From Mustelus asterias (taxonomy: Eukaryota), in the NCBI RefSeq assembly GCF_964213995.1, contig NC_135813.1, positions 81,034,001 through 81,098,000 of the forward strand: 64,000 nucleotides of DNA, read 5' to 3'. The notes under the pieces are model-generated. The model searched no databases. It worked only from the letters and a program-made list of their open reading frames with translations, and was not told where the DNA came from. Position numbers and translations under genes: made by a program. Shown in pieces: positions 37,401 through 52,400 of this stretch; position 1 is the stretch's first letter, and the number at the start of each line of letters is the position of its first letter.

Positions 37401-40400
37401 ATGATGCATAAGAATGGCTTACCCCAACTTAGGCCAATTGTAACAAGCAAATTCCTTAAGGGTCATGCTTTACCTCATCATCACTGAAATCACTCCTCAG
37501 AGGCCGATATCCCTTCACCAAACTTAAATTTATTTATATAACTAGCTCTATCCTCATACAGAGTATAAATCCAGAGTGCCAGTAACCCTGACACTCCACA
37601 TTATAGATGGGCATGGCTCCTCGATTAGACAAGTCATTATTGTTTTAATCAGGGAGCTTGTATTCTAAGAGGTTCACATCATCATTTCACTTTATAAATC
37701 ACTGGTTCAGCCTCAACTAAATTTATCGAATTTGGTGCACCACATTTTAGGAACGTTTTGGAGACAGTATAGAAAAGATTTACAAAATTGTTTCCAGGGA
37801 TGCGAACTTTAGTAATATAGATTGGAAGCTGGAGCTGTTTCCCTTGGAGAAGGGAAGATTGGAAGGAGATCTGATAGAGGGGCCTGGACAGGCGGCGAAA
37901 CCTTTCCCAATAGCTGAAGGGTTGAGAACCAGACACAGATTTAGGGTGATTGGCAAAATAACCAAAGGTGACATGAGAAAAAAAACTTTTTATGCAGCAT
38001 ATGGTTAGAATCTGGAATATTGCCCAAGTATGATAGCGACAGCTTCAATAATGGCTTTAAAAATGAATTGGATAATTATCTAAAGAGAAAATTTGCAGAG
38101 TCATGGGGAATAAGGCGGGAGAGTGGCACTGGTAGAATTGTTCTTGCATAGTGTTGGCACAGGCACAATGGGAGGATTAACCTCCTGTACTGTGACCATT
38201 ATTATGATTCTGTGTTTATTAATTGATTAATGGAAATCTTTGCACTATTTCTCATGGTATTTTGAATTTTCAGATGTGAACAACTGGAAAGAGCTTTAAC
38301 TGAAGCTGGTGATCGTATTCGAAACCTAGAGAACAAGAACTACTTAATGGAAATGCAGTTGGTGGGTAGAAGCCCTTGAATGATTGAAGGAAACTTTTAT
38401 GTATAATTTGGAGCAAGTATTGTGGACAGAAACCTTGAGCGAGCTGACCTTTAGTCTTGAGTAAAAACCATTGTAATAATTTGGAAAGCATTTGTACAAT
38501 GAATAGAGTTTGGATTGTATTTAACAGCTTAACACATCTAGATAAAAGCCAACAATAACAGTGGTTAGCACTGTTGCCTCACAGTGCCAGGGGCTCGGGT
38601 TTGATTCCAGTCTTGGGTGACTGTCTGTGTGGAGTTTGCACATTCTCCCCTGTGTCTGTGTGGGTTTCTTCCTGGTGTTCCAATTTCCTCCCACAGTCCA
38701 AAGATGTGCAGGTTAGGTGGATTGGTCATGCTAAATTGCCCTTTGGTATCCAAGATGTGCAGTTGAGCTGGATTGATCAATACGGGGTTATAGGGCATAG
38801 GATTGGGCCTATGTTGGGTGCTCTTTCGGAAGGTTGGTGCAGACTTAATGGGCCAAATGACCTCTTCTACGTTGTAGGGATTCTGTGATTCTAATAACTT
38901 GCTAGTTCATTTCCTTAATGTTAGGAAATTAGAAAGTATAAATGTACAAAGGGACCTGGCTGTTTTTGTCCATAAGTCACTGAAGCCTAGCATGTAGGTG
39001 CAACAAACTATTAGGAAGGCTAATGGAATGTTAGCTTTTATTGGAAGAGGATTTGAGTACAGGAGCAGTGAGATCTTGCTTCAATTGTATAGGAGTTGGG
39101 TTTGACCACACCTGGAGTACTGTGCAGTTTTGGTTCCCTTGCATCAGCAAGATTATTGTTGTCATAGAGGGAGTGCAGCAGAGGTTCATCAGGCTTTTTC
39201 TGGGGATGGCAGGACTGTTATATGAAGGGAGGGTGGGCAAACTGAGCCTATATTCTTTAGAGTTTCAAAGAATGAGAGGTGATCTAATTGAAACCTACAA
39301 AATACTTAAAGGAATAGACATGGTAGATGCAAGTAAGATGCTTCCCTTGGTTGGGGAGTCTAGAACCAAGGAAGCATAATTTCAAAACAATAGGGATGCC
39401 ACTGGGATGAGGAGAAACTTCTTTACACATGGGGCCCGTTTTCGGGCACGAAAACTTGGTAAAGTTGGGCATGAGGCGAGTAGCGTGATCCGCGACTGCC
39501 TCCGCGCCCATTCCCCTTTTACCAAGCGCCTAAAATGACCACGATTGGGACTGCGCCCGTTTCGGGCGCGACAACAATTTAAATGCATTTGCATGCATCT
39601 AAATTGGCTGGACGCCCAAACTTACCGGCATTTCCCCCTTTACCAACACATTCGCCCATCCAGAATCGGCGCGAAACAGACATGGTCTGCAAAAGTCCGA
39701 TTCAGGTGCTCCAGTTTCTGAGGAAGTAAGTTCAGAGCTTCTGGTGGTGAAGGAGGGAGGCGGGTCAGATGGCTCTCTGGGGGCGTGGGGGGGGGCAGTC
39801 TGCTGCCACTCTGCGTGCGATCGGTGGGGAGACCAGGGGCCGTGATCGGTCTGGGTAGTGGGGGCTGGGGAGCGTGGATAAGGGGGACAGTTTTGTTGTG
39901 GAAGTGGGGCAATGTCTGTGGGGGTCAGGGGGGAGGCCATATCGGGCCCAGGAGCGATATGGCAGGGGTGCGTTTTTATTTTTTTTTACTGCGCATGCGC
40001 AGTTGAAGGCTCCGATCGGAGCAGCAGCATTTCAGGTATGATAAGCCCCGCCCACAGGCTGCTGCAGTGCGATTCAGAATCGCTGCTTTTTTTTTTCAGG
40101 CAGAGTGCGTATGGGGGATCTGAAACATTCCCAGATTCAGCACTTAGAATCAAAATGGTAAAATCAGACCCATTGGGTTGTGAATCTTTGGAATTCTCTA
40201 CCCCAGAGGGCTGTGGAAGCTCAGTCATTGTGTATGTTTAAAGCAGAGATTTCTCATTAACAATAACGTAAAGGGTTGTGGGGATAATTGGTGTAAAGGC
40301 ATTGAAGTGTTCGATCAGCCATGATCGTATTAAAAAGCGGAGCAGGCTGAATAGCAATGTTAATTTATGTTTAGTCACTTTATTTCCCACTGTTCAAGAT

Positions 40401-43400
40401 CAGCCATGATCGTATTAAAAAGCGGAGCAGGCTGAATAGCAATGTTAATTTATGTATAGTCACTTTATTTCCCACTGTTCAAGATTACTCTTGTACTTTT
40501 GGTTAGGCTAATTGGCCAGGGCGCTATGATGCAGTTAGTGCCGCGTCTCACGCATTGCAACAGCGTCTTGATGAAATGCGAAAAGACAACAAAGACAAAG
40601 ATAACATGATCAACAAGCTCAATAGCAGGCTGAAAAACCTAGAAGAGGCTTTTGAAAAAGCTTATAAACACTCCGATAATAAAGATGCCAGAATGAAACA
40701 AGAGCACAAAATATTACAGAATGTGAGTTTTGAATTCACTTACATGAATTGAGTTTTGATTTGATTTATTATTGTCACATGTACTGGGGTACATTAAAAG
40801 TATTAATGTACTATTTGCATGCTATACAGACAAAATATACCGTTCATAGACTACATAGGGGAGAAGGAAAGGAGAGGGTGCAGAGAGAGTCACAGAGTCA
40901 GTACTTAATACTTATCAGTTTCCTGTGTTTTATTGCAGAGTTTTTGCAGGAGTGCTTTCACTCCTATTATTGTCACATGCTTTTGACTCCGTTCTTTCAT
41001 TAACAGAATTCTTAAATGCAGTTTTTTATCTTTGGTTCAAATCTAAAAGCTAATCTCCCTTTCCCATTGCAGCTGCTTACAGAATATGAGTCACTAGGAA
41101 AAGAACACGAACAAGTAAAGGTAATTTCACATTTCTTTGCTAACTTTGGGAGGTTGCAACATATTCATTGCCAGAAACCTAGGTGATTATCCTCATGTGG
41201 GACATAAATGTTGACAGAGTTTTTTGTATTTTTTCTTTTTTTTATTCTTGGCTAGGAGACTTTGAATAGTACAGAAGATAAACTAATTGATGCAAATTCT
41301 CAAATCTCGGAGCTGAAAAGGTTAGTATATTGGATCTTGATTTTGTTACAGAATGCTGTAAAGCTTCTTGAGAAGCTTAACACAGAATTTTTTAATGTAA
41401 TTTTGAGAGTGATCGTATATACTTGGCTGCAATAATGTATGAAAAATTTATATTAGAGTAGGATCAAGCTACAGAATTCATTGTCATCGCAGAATATTCT
41501 TTGATGCTAGACCCATTGATACTTTTCATATTGTCATGGTTACCTGCCATATTCTTTACAAGCTTTATACTTTGTAAAAAAAAAGAGAATCTAGGTCATA
41601 GCCCTTTAATTTAGAGCTGGAAATTTATCACTGGGCGATAGAATTGTTTTGGATTGCTGTACAGTGGATCAACTAGCCCCTGTGTTATAAACTTACAGTT
41701 AATCAACCACTGACTTGATTCATAACGCATCTAGATTTCACCATTGTTTTTTCTTGTGTTTAGTGACAGAGTGCCCATAAATAAACATATATACAAATAC
41801 TTAAATAGCCTTCCAAATTCACAATAAACCTACAACCACTTCCCAGATTTATGATCTTTTGTGATCTTTTGCAGCATAGTTTATGAGTTGCTCTGAATCC
41901 CTCAGTTGCATATTTAATTACTTTGTGAACAGTGTGATACTTCATATAAAGCCTGTCACAACAAATCCATGTCAAAATAATGCCATGGTATCTTTTAAGC
42001 ATTAGGCAAACTTAGACTTCAGTTTAACATAATCACCTGAAAGATGGCACCTGTAACAGTTCAGCACTTGCTCAGTACAGCACTGTGAGGGTCAACTTGA
42101 TTTTATGTTTGTTTTGAGTTGGTTTAGAACATGTTCTTTTGACTCAGGCAAGATTGACACCTCAAGAACAGAAATAGGAGCATCATTAGGCTATATGGCA
42201 CCTCAAGCCAGTTTTGCTATTCAGTAAAGTGATTGCTGATCTGATATTGGTCTCAACTCCACACTTCTGCCTTTTCCCTCGAACACTTGACTTCCCTATA
42301 TTCAAGAAACTGCTTATCCCAAACTATTCAAAGACTCAGCTTCATAGCTATCTAGAAGAAACCTCTTTCCATATCCACCTTGTCAAGACCATTCAGGATC
42401 TTGTATACTTCCATCAAGTCATCCCTCACTCTTCTAAACTCTAGTGGAAACAAACCCAGTATATCTAACTTTTCCTCTTAGGGAAACTTGCTCATTCGAT
42501 TTGATTTGATTTATTATTGTCACATGTATTAGTATACAGTGAAAAGTATTGTTTCTTGCGTGCTATACAAACAAAGCATACCATACATAGAAAAGGAAAG
42601 GAGATGGTGCAGAATGTGGTGTTACAGTCATAGCTAGGGTGTGGAGAAAGATCAACTTAAGGCAAGGTAGGTCCATTCAACAGTTTGATAGTAGCAGGGA
42701 AGAAGCTTTTCTTGAGTCAGTTGGTACGTGACCTCAGACTTTTGTGTCCTTTTCCTGATGGAAGTGAGTATGTCCGGGGTGTATGGGGTCCTTAATTATA
42801 CTGGCTGCTTTTCTGAGGCAGTGGGAATTGTAGACAGAGTCAATCGATGGGAGGCTAGTTTGCGTGATGAACTAGGCTGTGTTCGTAACTCTTTATAGTT
42901 TCTTGCCATCTTGCTTGGAGCAGGAGCCATACCAAGCTCTGATACATCCGGAAAAGATGCTTTCTGTGGTGCATCTGTTGGTGAGAGTTGTCTTGCTTCC
43001 TGAGAAAGTAGAGGAGTTAGTGGGCTTTCTTAACTATAATGTCGGCGTGGAGGGACCAGGTTGTTGGTGATCTGGACACCTAAAAACATGAAGCTCTCAA
43101 CCATTTCCACTTCGGCCCTGTTGATGTAGACAGGGGGAAGTTCTCCACTACGCTTCCTGAAGTCAATGACTATCTCCTTCATTTCACTGACCTTGAGGGA
43201 GAGATTATTGATGTCACACCAGTTCAAACCAGATTTTCTAAATCTTTCTTGTACTCCATCTCATCATTGTTTGAAATCCGACCCACTACGGTTGTGTCAT
43301 TAGCAAACTTGGAAATCAAGTTGGAGGGGAATTTGGCCACACAGTCATAGGTGTATAAGAAGTATAGTAAGGGGCTGAGGACGCAGCCTTGTGGGGCACT

Positions 43401-46400
43401 GGTGTTGAGGATAATCATGGGGGAGGTGTTGTTGCCTATCGTTATTGATTGCAGTCTGTGGGTTAGGAAGTCTAGGATCTAGTCGCAGAAGGAGGAGCCG
43501 AGCCCTAGGCCACAGAGTTTGGGGATGAAGTTTTTCGGAATAATTGTGTTTAATGCTGAGCTGTAGTCAGTAAATAGGAGTCTGACATAAGCATCTTTGT
43601 TATCCAGGTGTTCCAGGATTGAGTATCAATCCAGTTAATCTCCTCCAACACATTTACATCCTAGTTTAAATAAGGAGACCAAAACTCCGCACAATATTTG
43701 ATCTGTGGTCTCCCCAATTCCCTGTATACCTGAAGGATAACATCCATATTTTTATGTTTAATTCCGCTCATAATAAAGGATAGCATTCCATTAGCCTTTT
43801 TATATACTTGCTGTAGCTTTTGTGACTCATGCTTTACAATACCTAGATTTCTGCATCCAAAACCATAAGATATAGGAACAGAAGTAGGCCTTTCGGCTCA
43901 TCGAGTCTGCTCTGCCATTCAATAAGATCATGGCTGATCCGATGTAATCATCTACTCTACTTTCCCATTTTATCCCCACAACCCTTGATTTTCTTACTGA
44001 TTAATTATCTGTCTTTCTCAGCCTTAAATATGTTTAATGACTAAGCCTTTACAGTCCTCTGTGGTAAAGAATTCCACAGATTTACTACACTCGGAGAGAA
44101 GAAATACCTCCTCATCTCTGTCTTAAAAGGGCAATCCCTTACTCTGAGGCTATGCTGTCTGGCCCTAGACTCTTCCACCAGGGGAACAACCTCTGAGCAT
44201 CTATCCTCAAGCCCCCTGAGAGTCCTATATGTCTTAATAAGGTCGACCCTCATTCTTCTAATCTCCGATGAGTAGAGGCCCAGCCTACTGCGCAAAGAAT
44301 TTATTTAACTCCTCTGTTATTTCCTGGTTCCCCATTATCATTTCTGCAGTCTCATTCTCCAAGCGACTCATGTTCATTTTGGTCTTTTCCTTTTTATGTA
44401 TTTAAAGAAGCTCTTGCTGTCCGTTTTTGTATTACTTGCCAATTCACCCTTATAGTTTGTTTCCCCTTAAATTTTTTTGGTCATTTTTTGTTGGTTTTTA
44501 AAACTTTATCAATCCTCGTGCATTTAAGTAAAGAGCCTTTAATTTTGCCTTTTTGCCATTTTTTCCCCCTTCGATCTTATTTGCTGCTTTTTAAAAAATG
44601 TCTGCATATTCTGTCCCTTCTTGTCACACTCTGGATATCATTATCAAATAGTTGCCTTGCAATGCTGTCATATCCTTTTGCTTTGTAAGCTTACATATCC
44701 CCTCTCAAGCACTATTCCCCCCACCCCTCCCCTCAGTTTATTTTAAAGCATTCTCCGTTAGTTATGCAGTCTGCAAGAAAACTGATCCCAGTGTAGTTCA
44801 GATGTAGGTTGTCCCAATGTTGCAGACCCCACTTTCCCCAGTACTGAAGCCCATTACTCCCACACTAGTCTTTGAGCCTTGTATTCATCTCACTAATTTT
44901 ATGTACCCTATGCCAATTTGGACATGGCTCAGGTAATGATCCAGAGATTATAACCTCGGAAGTTCTCTTGTTTAATCTACCACCTAGTTCCTCTCACTGT
45001 CAATGCAGAACCTCATTCCACTTATGACAATGGGATCCTCCCCATCCCATTCCAAGTTCCTCTCCAGCCCAACATAGATATCCCAAACCCTGGCACCAGG
45101 CAGGCAACGCAGCCATCTGGACTCTTGCTGCAGAAACAGTGTCAATCCACACCACTATACTGTCCACCACCACTAGTCATGACTTTCTCTTTCCCTGATT
45201 TGTTGCATTATCCGCAGCTCAGTCTCTACCTCAATGACTCTGATCCAAAGCTCCCTCAGTTGTAAATACTTACTGCAGATGTGTTTGCTCTAGATTACAA
45301 TGTTATCCTGAAGCTCCCACATGCTGCAGCCTTAACACCTCACCTGACTTGCCATCTTTAATGTGTTTGAAATAATTAATTAAATTACCAAAGATCCTTA
45401 GACCGCACCTTCCAAACTTCCATCTAGAAGGACAAGGGCAACAGTAACATGGGAACACCACCTCCTGCAAGTTCCCCTCCAAGTCACTCACAATCCTGAC
45501 TTGGAAATATTTCACCTTTACTTCATAGCCGCAGGGTCAAATTCCTGGAATTCCCTCTCTAACAGCATTGTGGATCATCCCACAGCACGTGGACTGCAGC
45601 GCTTCAAGAAGGCAGATCACCATCACCGTCTCAAGGCAACTAGGGATGGGCAATAAAGGCTGGCCAGCCAGCGACGCCCATGTCGTATGAATGAATAAAA
45701 ATAAACACTCCCTCCCCTTCACACCTAATTCAAACTTTGTTCCAAATTCCCAAATATATTCATTCGGACTGTGTCTCACTTGGGTGATATCTCTCCCAAC
45801 TGCGCCTCTCACCTCAGTTCTGCAGCTGTTCTCCATTTAAGTAATATCCTGCTTTTTTTATTCTTCCTGCCAAAGTGTGCAACTTGCATTTTCCCACATT
45901 ATAGTTGGGGAAAACGATACAAAAGTCTGAAGTCACATACCAACCGACTCGAACAGCTTCTTTCATGCTACCATCAGACATTTGAATGGACCTACACTAT
46001 ATTAAATTAATCTTTCCTGACACCCTAGCTATGGCTGTAACAATACATTCTGCACTCTCTTCTTTCCTACTCTATGAACGGTATGCTTTGTCTGCATAGT
46101 GCGTAAGACACAATATTTTTCACTGTATACTAATACATGTGACAATAATAAATCAAATTTAAAAAAGTTATTTGACTCTTCTTTCAATTTGATAGCATCC
46201 TTAACTTAGTTAGCCACGAATGATGCAACCTTTTATAGTGTTCTTTCTCAATTAACTATATCTTCAAAAAAATCTATTTCAATGTCCGGCACTGCTTATC
46301 TACTTTTTACTCTTTAACTTATTTTCCCAGTTCACTGTAGCTAACTTGGTCTTCAAATCGTTGTAATTGCCTTTATTTAAGTTTAAAACACTATTATTGG

Positions 46401-49400
46401 TTTAAGTTTAATGGTTAAATGCTGATGTATTACCAAAACTTGAGAGAGCAGAGTGTTCTCTGGCTGCAGTTGGAGAATGGAATCATCTACTATGGAGGGT
46501 TGCGATGTGTGGAACGTGTCCTTGGTCTGGTGAATATGATATCAATCTGAATTTGTAAATTCTTTGAAATTGGACTTTGATAATTGATTTTAAAAAATAC
46601 CAAAGTGTATGGGACTGAGCGGGAGAGTGGGGCTAGAAAAGGGGGACATATCAGACGTTTTACTTAACATTGTAGAACAATAGGTGATGCAGCTTGGTGG
46701 TGCTGTCCCACTGTGACTATGCAACTTCCTGCTCACTCTAGCATTTCGCTATTACCAAAGTTCTAATCATGGCTATGAATCAGGCGATAGGGCAGAGGTT
46801 GAACATTTCCCATTTGGGAGGGCAACACTAGCACAAATTCCTTTTCCCTGCTTTGGGGTAGCTTTTAATGAGCAGTTTGTTGACCAGTATACGTTACATT
46901 ATGCATTTGAATCTGTAACTATTGAGATAAAACCAAACAAAGTTTGAAAATTCAGCACGCCTAGCAGCATCTATGGAAAAAGAAAGTTGATATTTCAGGT
47001 CTGTGACTTTTCATCAGAACTAATGCAGCTTTTGAGGGTGGACATTGGTAATTCCAAATCCACGACCACTGCTACCTCACCTTCCAGACACATGACCACT
47101 GCCATCTAGAAGGACAAGGGCAGCAGGTACCTGGGAACACAACCACCTGGAAACTCCCCTCCAAGCCACTCACCATCCTGACTTGGAAATATATTGCCAT
47201 TCTTTCACTCAGGGACTGCAGTAGTTCAAGAAGGCAGCTCACTACCACCTTCTGAAGGATGATTAGAGATGGGCAATAAATGCTGGTCTAGCCAGCAATA
47301 CCCACATCCCATAAATGAATATATATGCTGAATTTTATTTTATTAGTCATAAAAATGTTCATTCTTGTATTTCAGGGTTGTTTCAAAACTTGAGGCTCAA
47401 ATTCGACAAGTAGAACATGAGAAAAACTACATGAAGGTCCGATCCAATGCCCATAGCTGTTCACGGACATCAAGCAGTAGGTAGGAACATTACATGTACT
47501 GGTTACACCATCAAGGAAGTTAATAGGTTTTTCCTTTTTTAATATGATGGCTAATGCAAAAAATGTATTTGAATGTTGAAATATTGATGACTGCCTTCCA
47601 TCTCATAAGACAGTGGTTTGTGCCATAGCGATCAACTCTGTATTAAACATCTCTTGATGTGGCCCAGGAGCTCCACCTTGGTATGGCAGTGTCCATTGCT
47701 GCAGAGGAAGATAGTGGCCTGAAAAGGTGCTCAAGCCTCTGACTTCTCTTTTTTCTCTGGGCTTACTGCTTGGCCAGGACTTGGGGTACCTTTGTCTTGG
47801 ATCTAAGGCAAGCAAGATTGAACAGCTTTCCATTAGTTCTGGTATGTAAGTAGAGGGGAGGCAGCGGCACAGTGGAATTATCACTGGCCCAACAATCCAG
47901 AGACCCAGGGTAATGCTCTGGCAACCTGGGTTCGAATTCCACCGCAGCAGATGGTGAAATTTGAATTCAATAAAAATCTGGAAGTAAAAGTCATTGTTGA
48001 TTGTCGTAAAAACCCATCTGGTTTATTATTGTCCTGGTAAGGAAATACCCTGTAAGGAAATCTGCCGTCCTTACATGGTCAGGAACGTGTGACTCCAGAC
48101 CCGCAGCAATGTGGTTTACTCTCAAATGACCTCTGAAATGGAGGGCAGTTAGGGATGGGCAATAAATGTGTTACATGTTCCACCCACACATTCTAATCAC
48201 AGAATCCTTACAGTGCAGAAGGAGGACATTCAGCCCATCGATTCTGCACCAACCACAATCCCACCCAGGCCCCCAATTCCCCTAATCCCACATATCTACC
48301 CTGCTAATCCCCTGACACTAGGGTCAATTTAGCTTGGCCATTCAACCTGACCTGCACATCTTTGGACTGTGGGAGGAAACCGGAGCACCCGGAGGAAACC
48401 CACGCAGACACGGGGGGAATGTGCAAACTCCACACACAGTGACCCAATGCTGGAATTGAACCCGGGTCCCTGGTGCTGTGAGGCAACCGTGCTAACTATC
48501 GTGCTCTGTGCCTCCCCAAATATGGACATGGTGAATATGGATTGGATGCAAATATGGACTTTAAGGCGTTGAGATCTAATTCCACCAGAGAATTAAAGAA
48601 TCAACACAAGAGGGGAGGATTTTCTCTATTTAATTGAAGACTGGAGATAGTGACCAGTTATTGGCAGCAGCAATATGAAGCCTGTTTTTGAGATATAGTA
48701 GAATTTATATGCAGTCCATGTTCAAATGCAACAAAATCTGGACAATATCCAGGCTTGGGCTGACAAGTGGCAAGTAACATTCGCGCCACACAAAGCGAGG
48801 CCATGACCATCACTAATAAGAGACACTCTAACCACTGCCCCTTGACATTCAATGGTGTAACCATCACTGAATCCCCCGTTGTCAACATCCCTGGGGTTAC
48901 CATTGACCAGAAACTCAACTGGACTCACCACATAAAAACAGTGGCTACAAGAGCAGGTCAGAGGCTAGGAATACTGTGGTGAGTAACTCGCCTCCTACAA
49001 GGTACAAGTCAGGAGTGTGATGGAATACTCCCCACTTGCCTGGATGGGTGCAGCTCCAACAGCACTGAACTAGCTTGACACCTCCCAGGACAAAGCAGCC
49101 CGCTTGATTGGCGCCCCGTCGGCAAACATTCACTCCCTCTGTTGCTCAGTAGCATTGTGTACTATCTATAAGATGCACGGCAGCAATTCACCAAAGATCC
49201 TTAGACAGCACCTTCCAAACCCACGACCACTTCCATCTAGAAGGACAAGGGCAGCTGATAAATGGGAACACCAGCACCTGCAAGTTCCTCTCCAAGCCAC
49301 TCACCATCCTGACTTGGAAATATATCACCGATCCTTCGCATCCTCTGGGTCAAAATCCTGGAACTCCCTCCCAAATGGCATTGTGGGTCAACCCACAGAA

Positions 49401-52400
49401 CATGGACTGCAGCGATTCAAGAAGGCAGCTCACCACCACCTTCCCAAGGGCAACTAGGGATGGGCAATAAATGCTGGCCAGCCAACAACGCTCATGTCCC
49501 ATGAATGAATAAAAAATGAATAAAAACATATGACAGCAGCGAAGAGAAGAATATGCCAGAACATGAGCCTGTTCGACCTCACTGCAGATCTCTTGAGGGT
49601 TACCCATCATGGAAAAAAGAATCATGTTGGTGGACAGCAAATCTTTTTCCATCAGCTTAGTAGTTTGCCTCTGCCCACTTGGTTGAATGCCTAGGTAATA
49701 TTGATGAAAACAATATATAGTGGCTTCCTTGGTTCTTGGCACAGTGGCTTGCATTGCTGTCTCACAGCGCCAGGGACCTGGGTTGATTCCCGGCTTGGGT
49801 CACTGTCTGTGCGAAGTCTGCATGTTCTCCCCGTGCCTGCATGGGTTTCCTCCGGGTGCTCCGGTTTCCTCCCACAGTCCAAAAGACGTGCTGGTTAGGT
49901 ACATTGACCATTCTAAATTCTCCCTCAGTGTACCCGAACGGGTGCCAGAGTTTGGCGACTAGGGGATTTTCACAGTAACTTCACTTCTTTGCAGTGTTAA
50001 TGTAAGCCTACTTATAACTAATAAACTTTTAACTTAATTTTTTTTCTCTTGTACCTACCGGATTGAGAAGATCATATCAATTGTAGATCTGCCAGTTTTG
50101 AAACCATTGAGAGTTGGGGTAGATGTGTTTAGCCTAGATCTGCAGTCTGATGTGGCCAGAAACCTTTCCTTAGTGGGAGTGTAACAAAGGTTCACCAGGC
50201 CAAACAATTCTTACAGGGCTCAACATAATAGCTGCAAGAGAGAGTCCAGGACCACAGTCTTAGAATAAGAGTTATGCCACTTAGTAGGAATTTCTTCAGT
50301 CAGCGTGGTGAATCTTTGGCATTCTCTCCCCAAAAGAGCTGTGGAGGTTCAGTCATTGAGTTTATTTAAATCAGAATTTGATAGATATCTAGATGCAAGT
50401 GACATCAAGGGATAGAGGGATAGTGCAGGAAGATGGCGTTAAGGTAGAAGATGAGCCATGAGCTAGTCAAATGGCAGAGCAGGCTCGAGAAGCCAAATGG
50501 CCTACGTGTGCTCCTGTATTCCTAAATTGTAACCAGTGGTCATTGATGCACTGTCTAGCAGCCTGTTGCACCTTACTTCAGATGGCTGTTAGGCATTCAG
50601 AGTCCATGCTTGTTTTTCCTTGCCAGGGCATGATGCTTGAAGCAGCAGTTCCCATGCCTCATGCTCCATGCCCGCTCCTGCATTGAACTTCTCCAGTAGT
50701 GTTGGGAAACCATATTTTTAAGAACTATGCTTTCTTTTAAAATTTGGAAGGATGACGATTTATTTGGATACTTGGGAACTGATCTGGATTTTTATAAAAA
50801 GATTAGACGTTCACCTTGGACAGTGAGCAACCATGCCGTTTTCAACAAATCACAACTTCAGCTAAATGACCAGCATAGCACTTGAGGAAGAAAACTATTT
50901 GCTTATTAGAACTGTAATTATTTTAATGGCTGGAAAAAAAGACCGTAACTTCCTGCCTCCCCAGTTTTGGATTTGGGGGAGGGGTGCGGGGGAGTACGAG
51001 GCAATTGTCCAGAAGTGTTAACTTCCTGTGGGCAATTGTGCTGCTCTGGGAACTATCTGAGCAACCTATTTAAGTCACCAACTACAGATGGTTCTGCCAG
51101 TGTTGCCCTAACAGGTACTCTAAAAGAGAAGAAATAAAAACACTTCTAACTTCAGTGTAACTGCTTTAAAGACCTGGACTGGTCCCCACATGGGCCACCT
51201 TCCAAACTCCCAGGGTAATAGTTGACTGACTTGAAGTGGGCAATAGCTGACCAATGGGCATGATGGGTCCTCACCTTGATGGGGGCAGCTTGTAGCACCT
51301 ATCAGTTGAATTGGGCTTATCAATCATAACTGCTGTCTCCTTTGTTGTGTTAACTTGAGTGTCCTCTTCAGTGCACAAGCCTAGGCAAAATTTATTCAGA
51401 CCATGGCGTGCCCATGTCCCCAGAGTATCAGCCTGGGCTTCTTATTACGAGTCCAGTGACATTACCACCATGTACCCATCTCTCTGGTTTGGTTGCAGGG
51501 GTTGCTGGAAAGATGACATATTTAGACATCTGTCCACCTTTGGGTTCTACTACAGATTTTTTGCCATGGTTTACCCTTTTAAACTTTGACTCTCCTGTGG
51601 TATCCGTAAGGCTGTGGAACTATTTACCCACATTGGAGAGTTTAATTCATGAGTACCAGAATGTGCCCACGTGTTGGTGGGCCTGCACACCACAGGGGCA
51701 ATTCTCCCAAAAATATTCTAAGTGCTGAACTGGCAGGAAAAATGGTGCAAACCACGATTATTTTTTGAGTGGGAGTTCATACTTGAATCTCCCACATTGT
51801 GTGCAATGCAGAGGTCACAATTGTGAATATCGTTAAAAGCTCAGGGGCGGGGTCTATTCACGCCGGAGTCGGACAGTTCTGGGCCTCTGCGCATGCAGAG
51901 CTGCCCCTTCCAACCACACCCTCCCCACAGCCCGATGGCGGCCCCAACCCGTGCCCCCCCCCTCCGGCCCGGAGCTCCACAATCTCCAGCACCCCCCGCC
52001 AAGGTGCCCCCTGGGCATAGGCACTTTTCCCCTTGGGTAGTGCCAGGGGGCACAGGCTGGCACTACCTGGGGGGGCACCACCACCCACCCAACCCCTGGG
52101 GGGGGCCCCGATTGCCCCCCCCCCTTCACTCCAACGGGGTCTCTTGCTAGTCCTCCGAACGTGGGGAGCTACCCCAAACCCCACCCGAGTGAAATACTCT
52201 TGGCAGGGTGGGAGATGCTATCGGGCCCGGAGAATTCAGTCCCGGGCCCGATAATGACATTTAAATTACATTACAAATAGATTAAAAATACTTACCTGGT
52301 CTTCCCGTCGGTTTCCAGCCTGGTCTCGACCGTGCTTGCACTCCGGCAGTGGGAGATGCGCATGCATCGGGAATGCAGGTGAGGATCCCGCGAATTGGCG

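Noticed and set aside
39599-40241. Overlapping Pro/Gly-rich ORFs (also 51799-52630)
   Set aside because: By-products of the high GC content of MITEs; no domain motifs and open on both strands.
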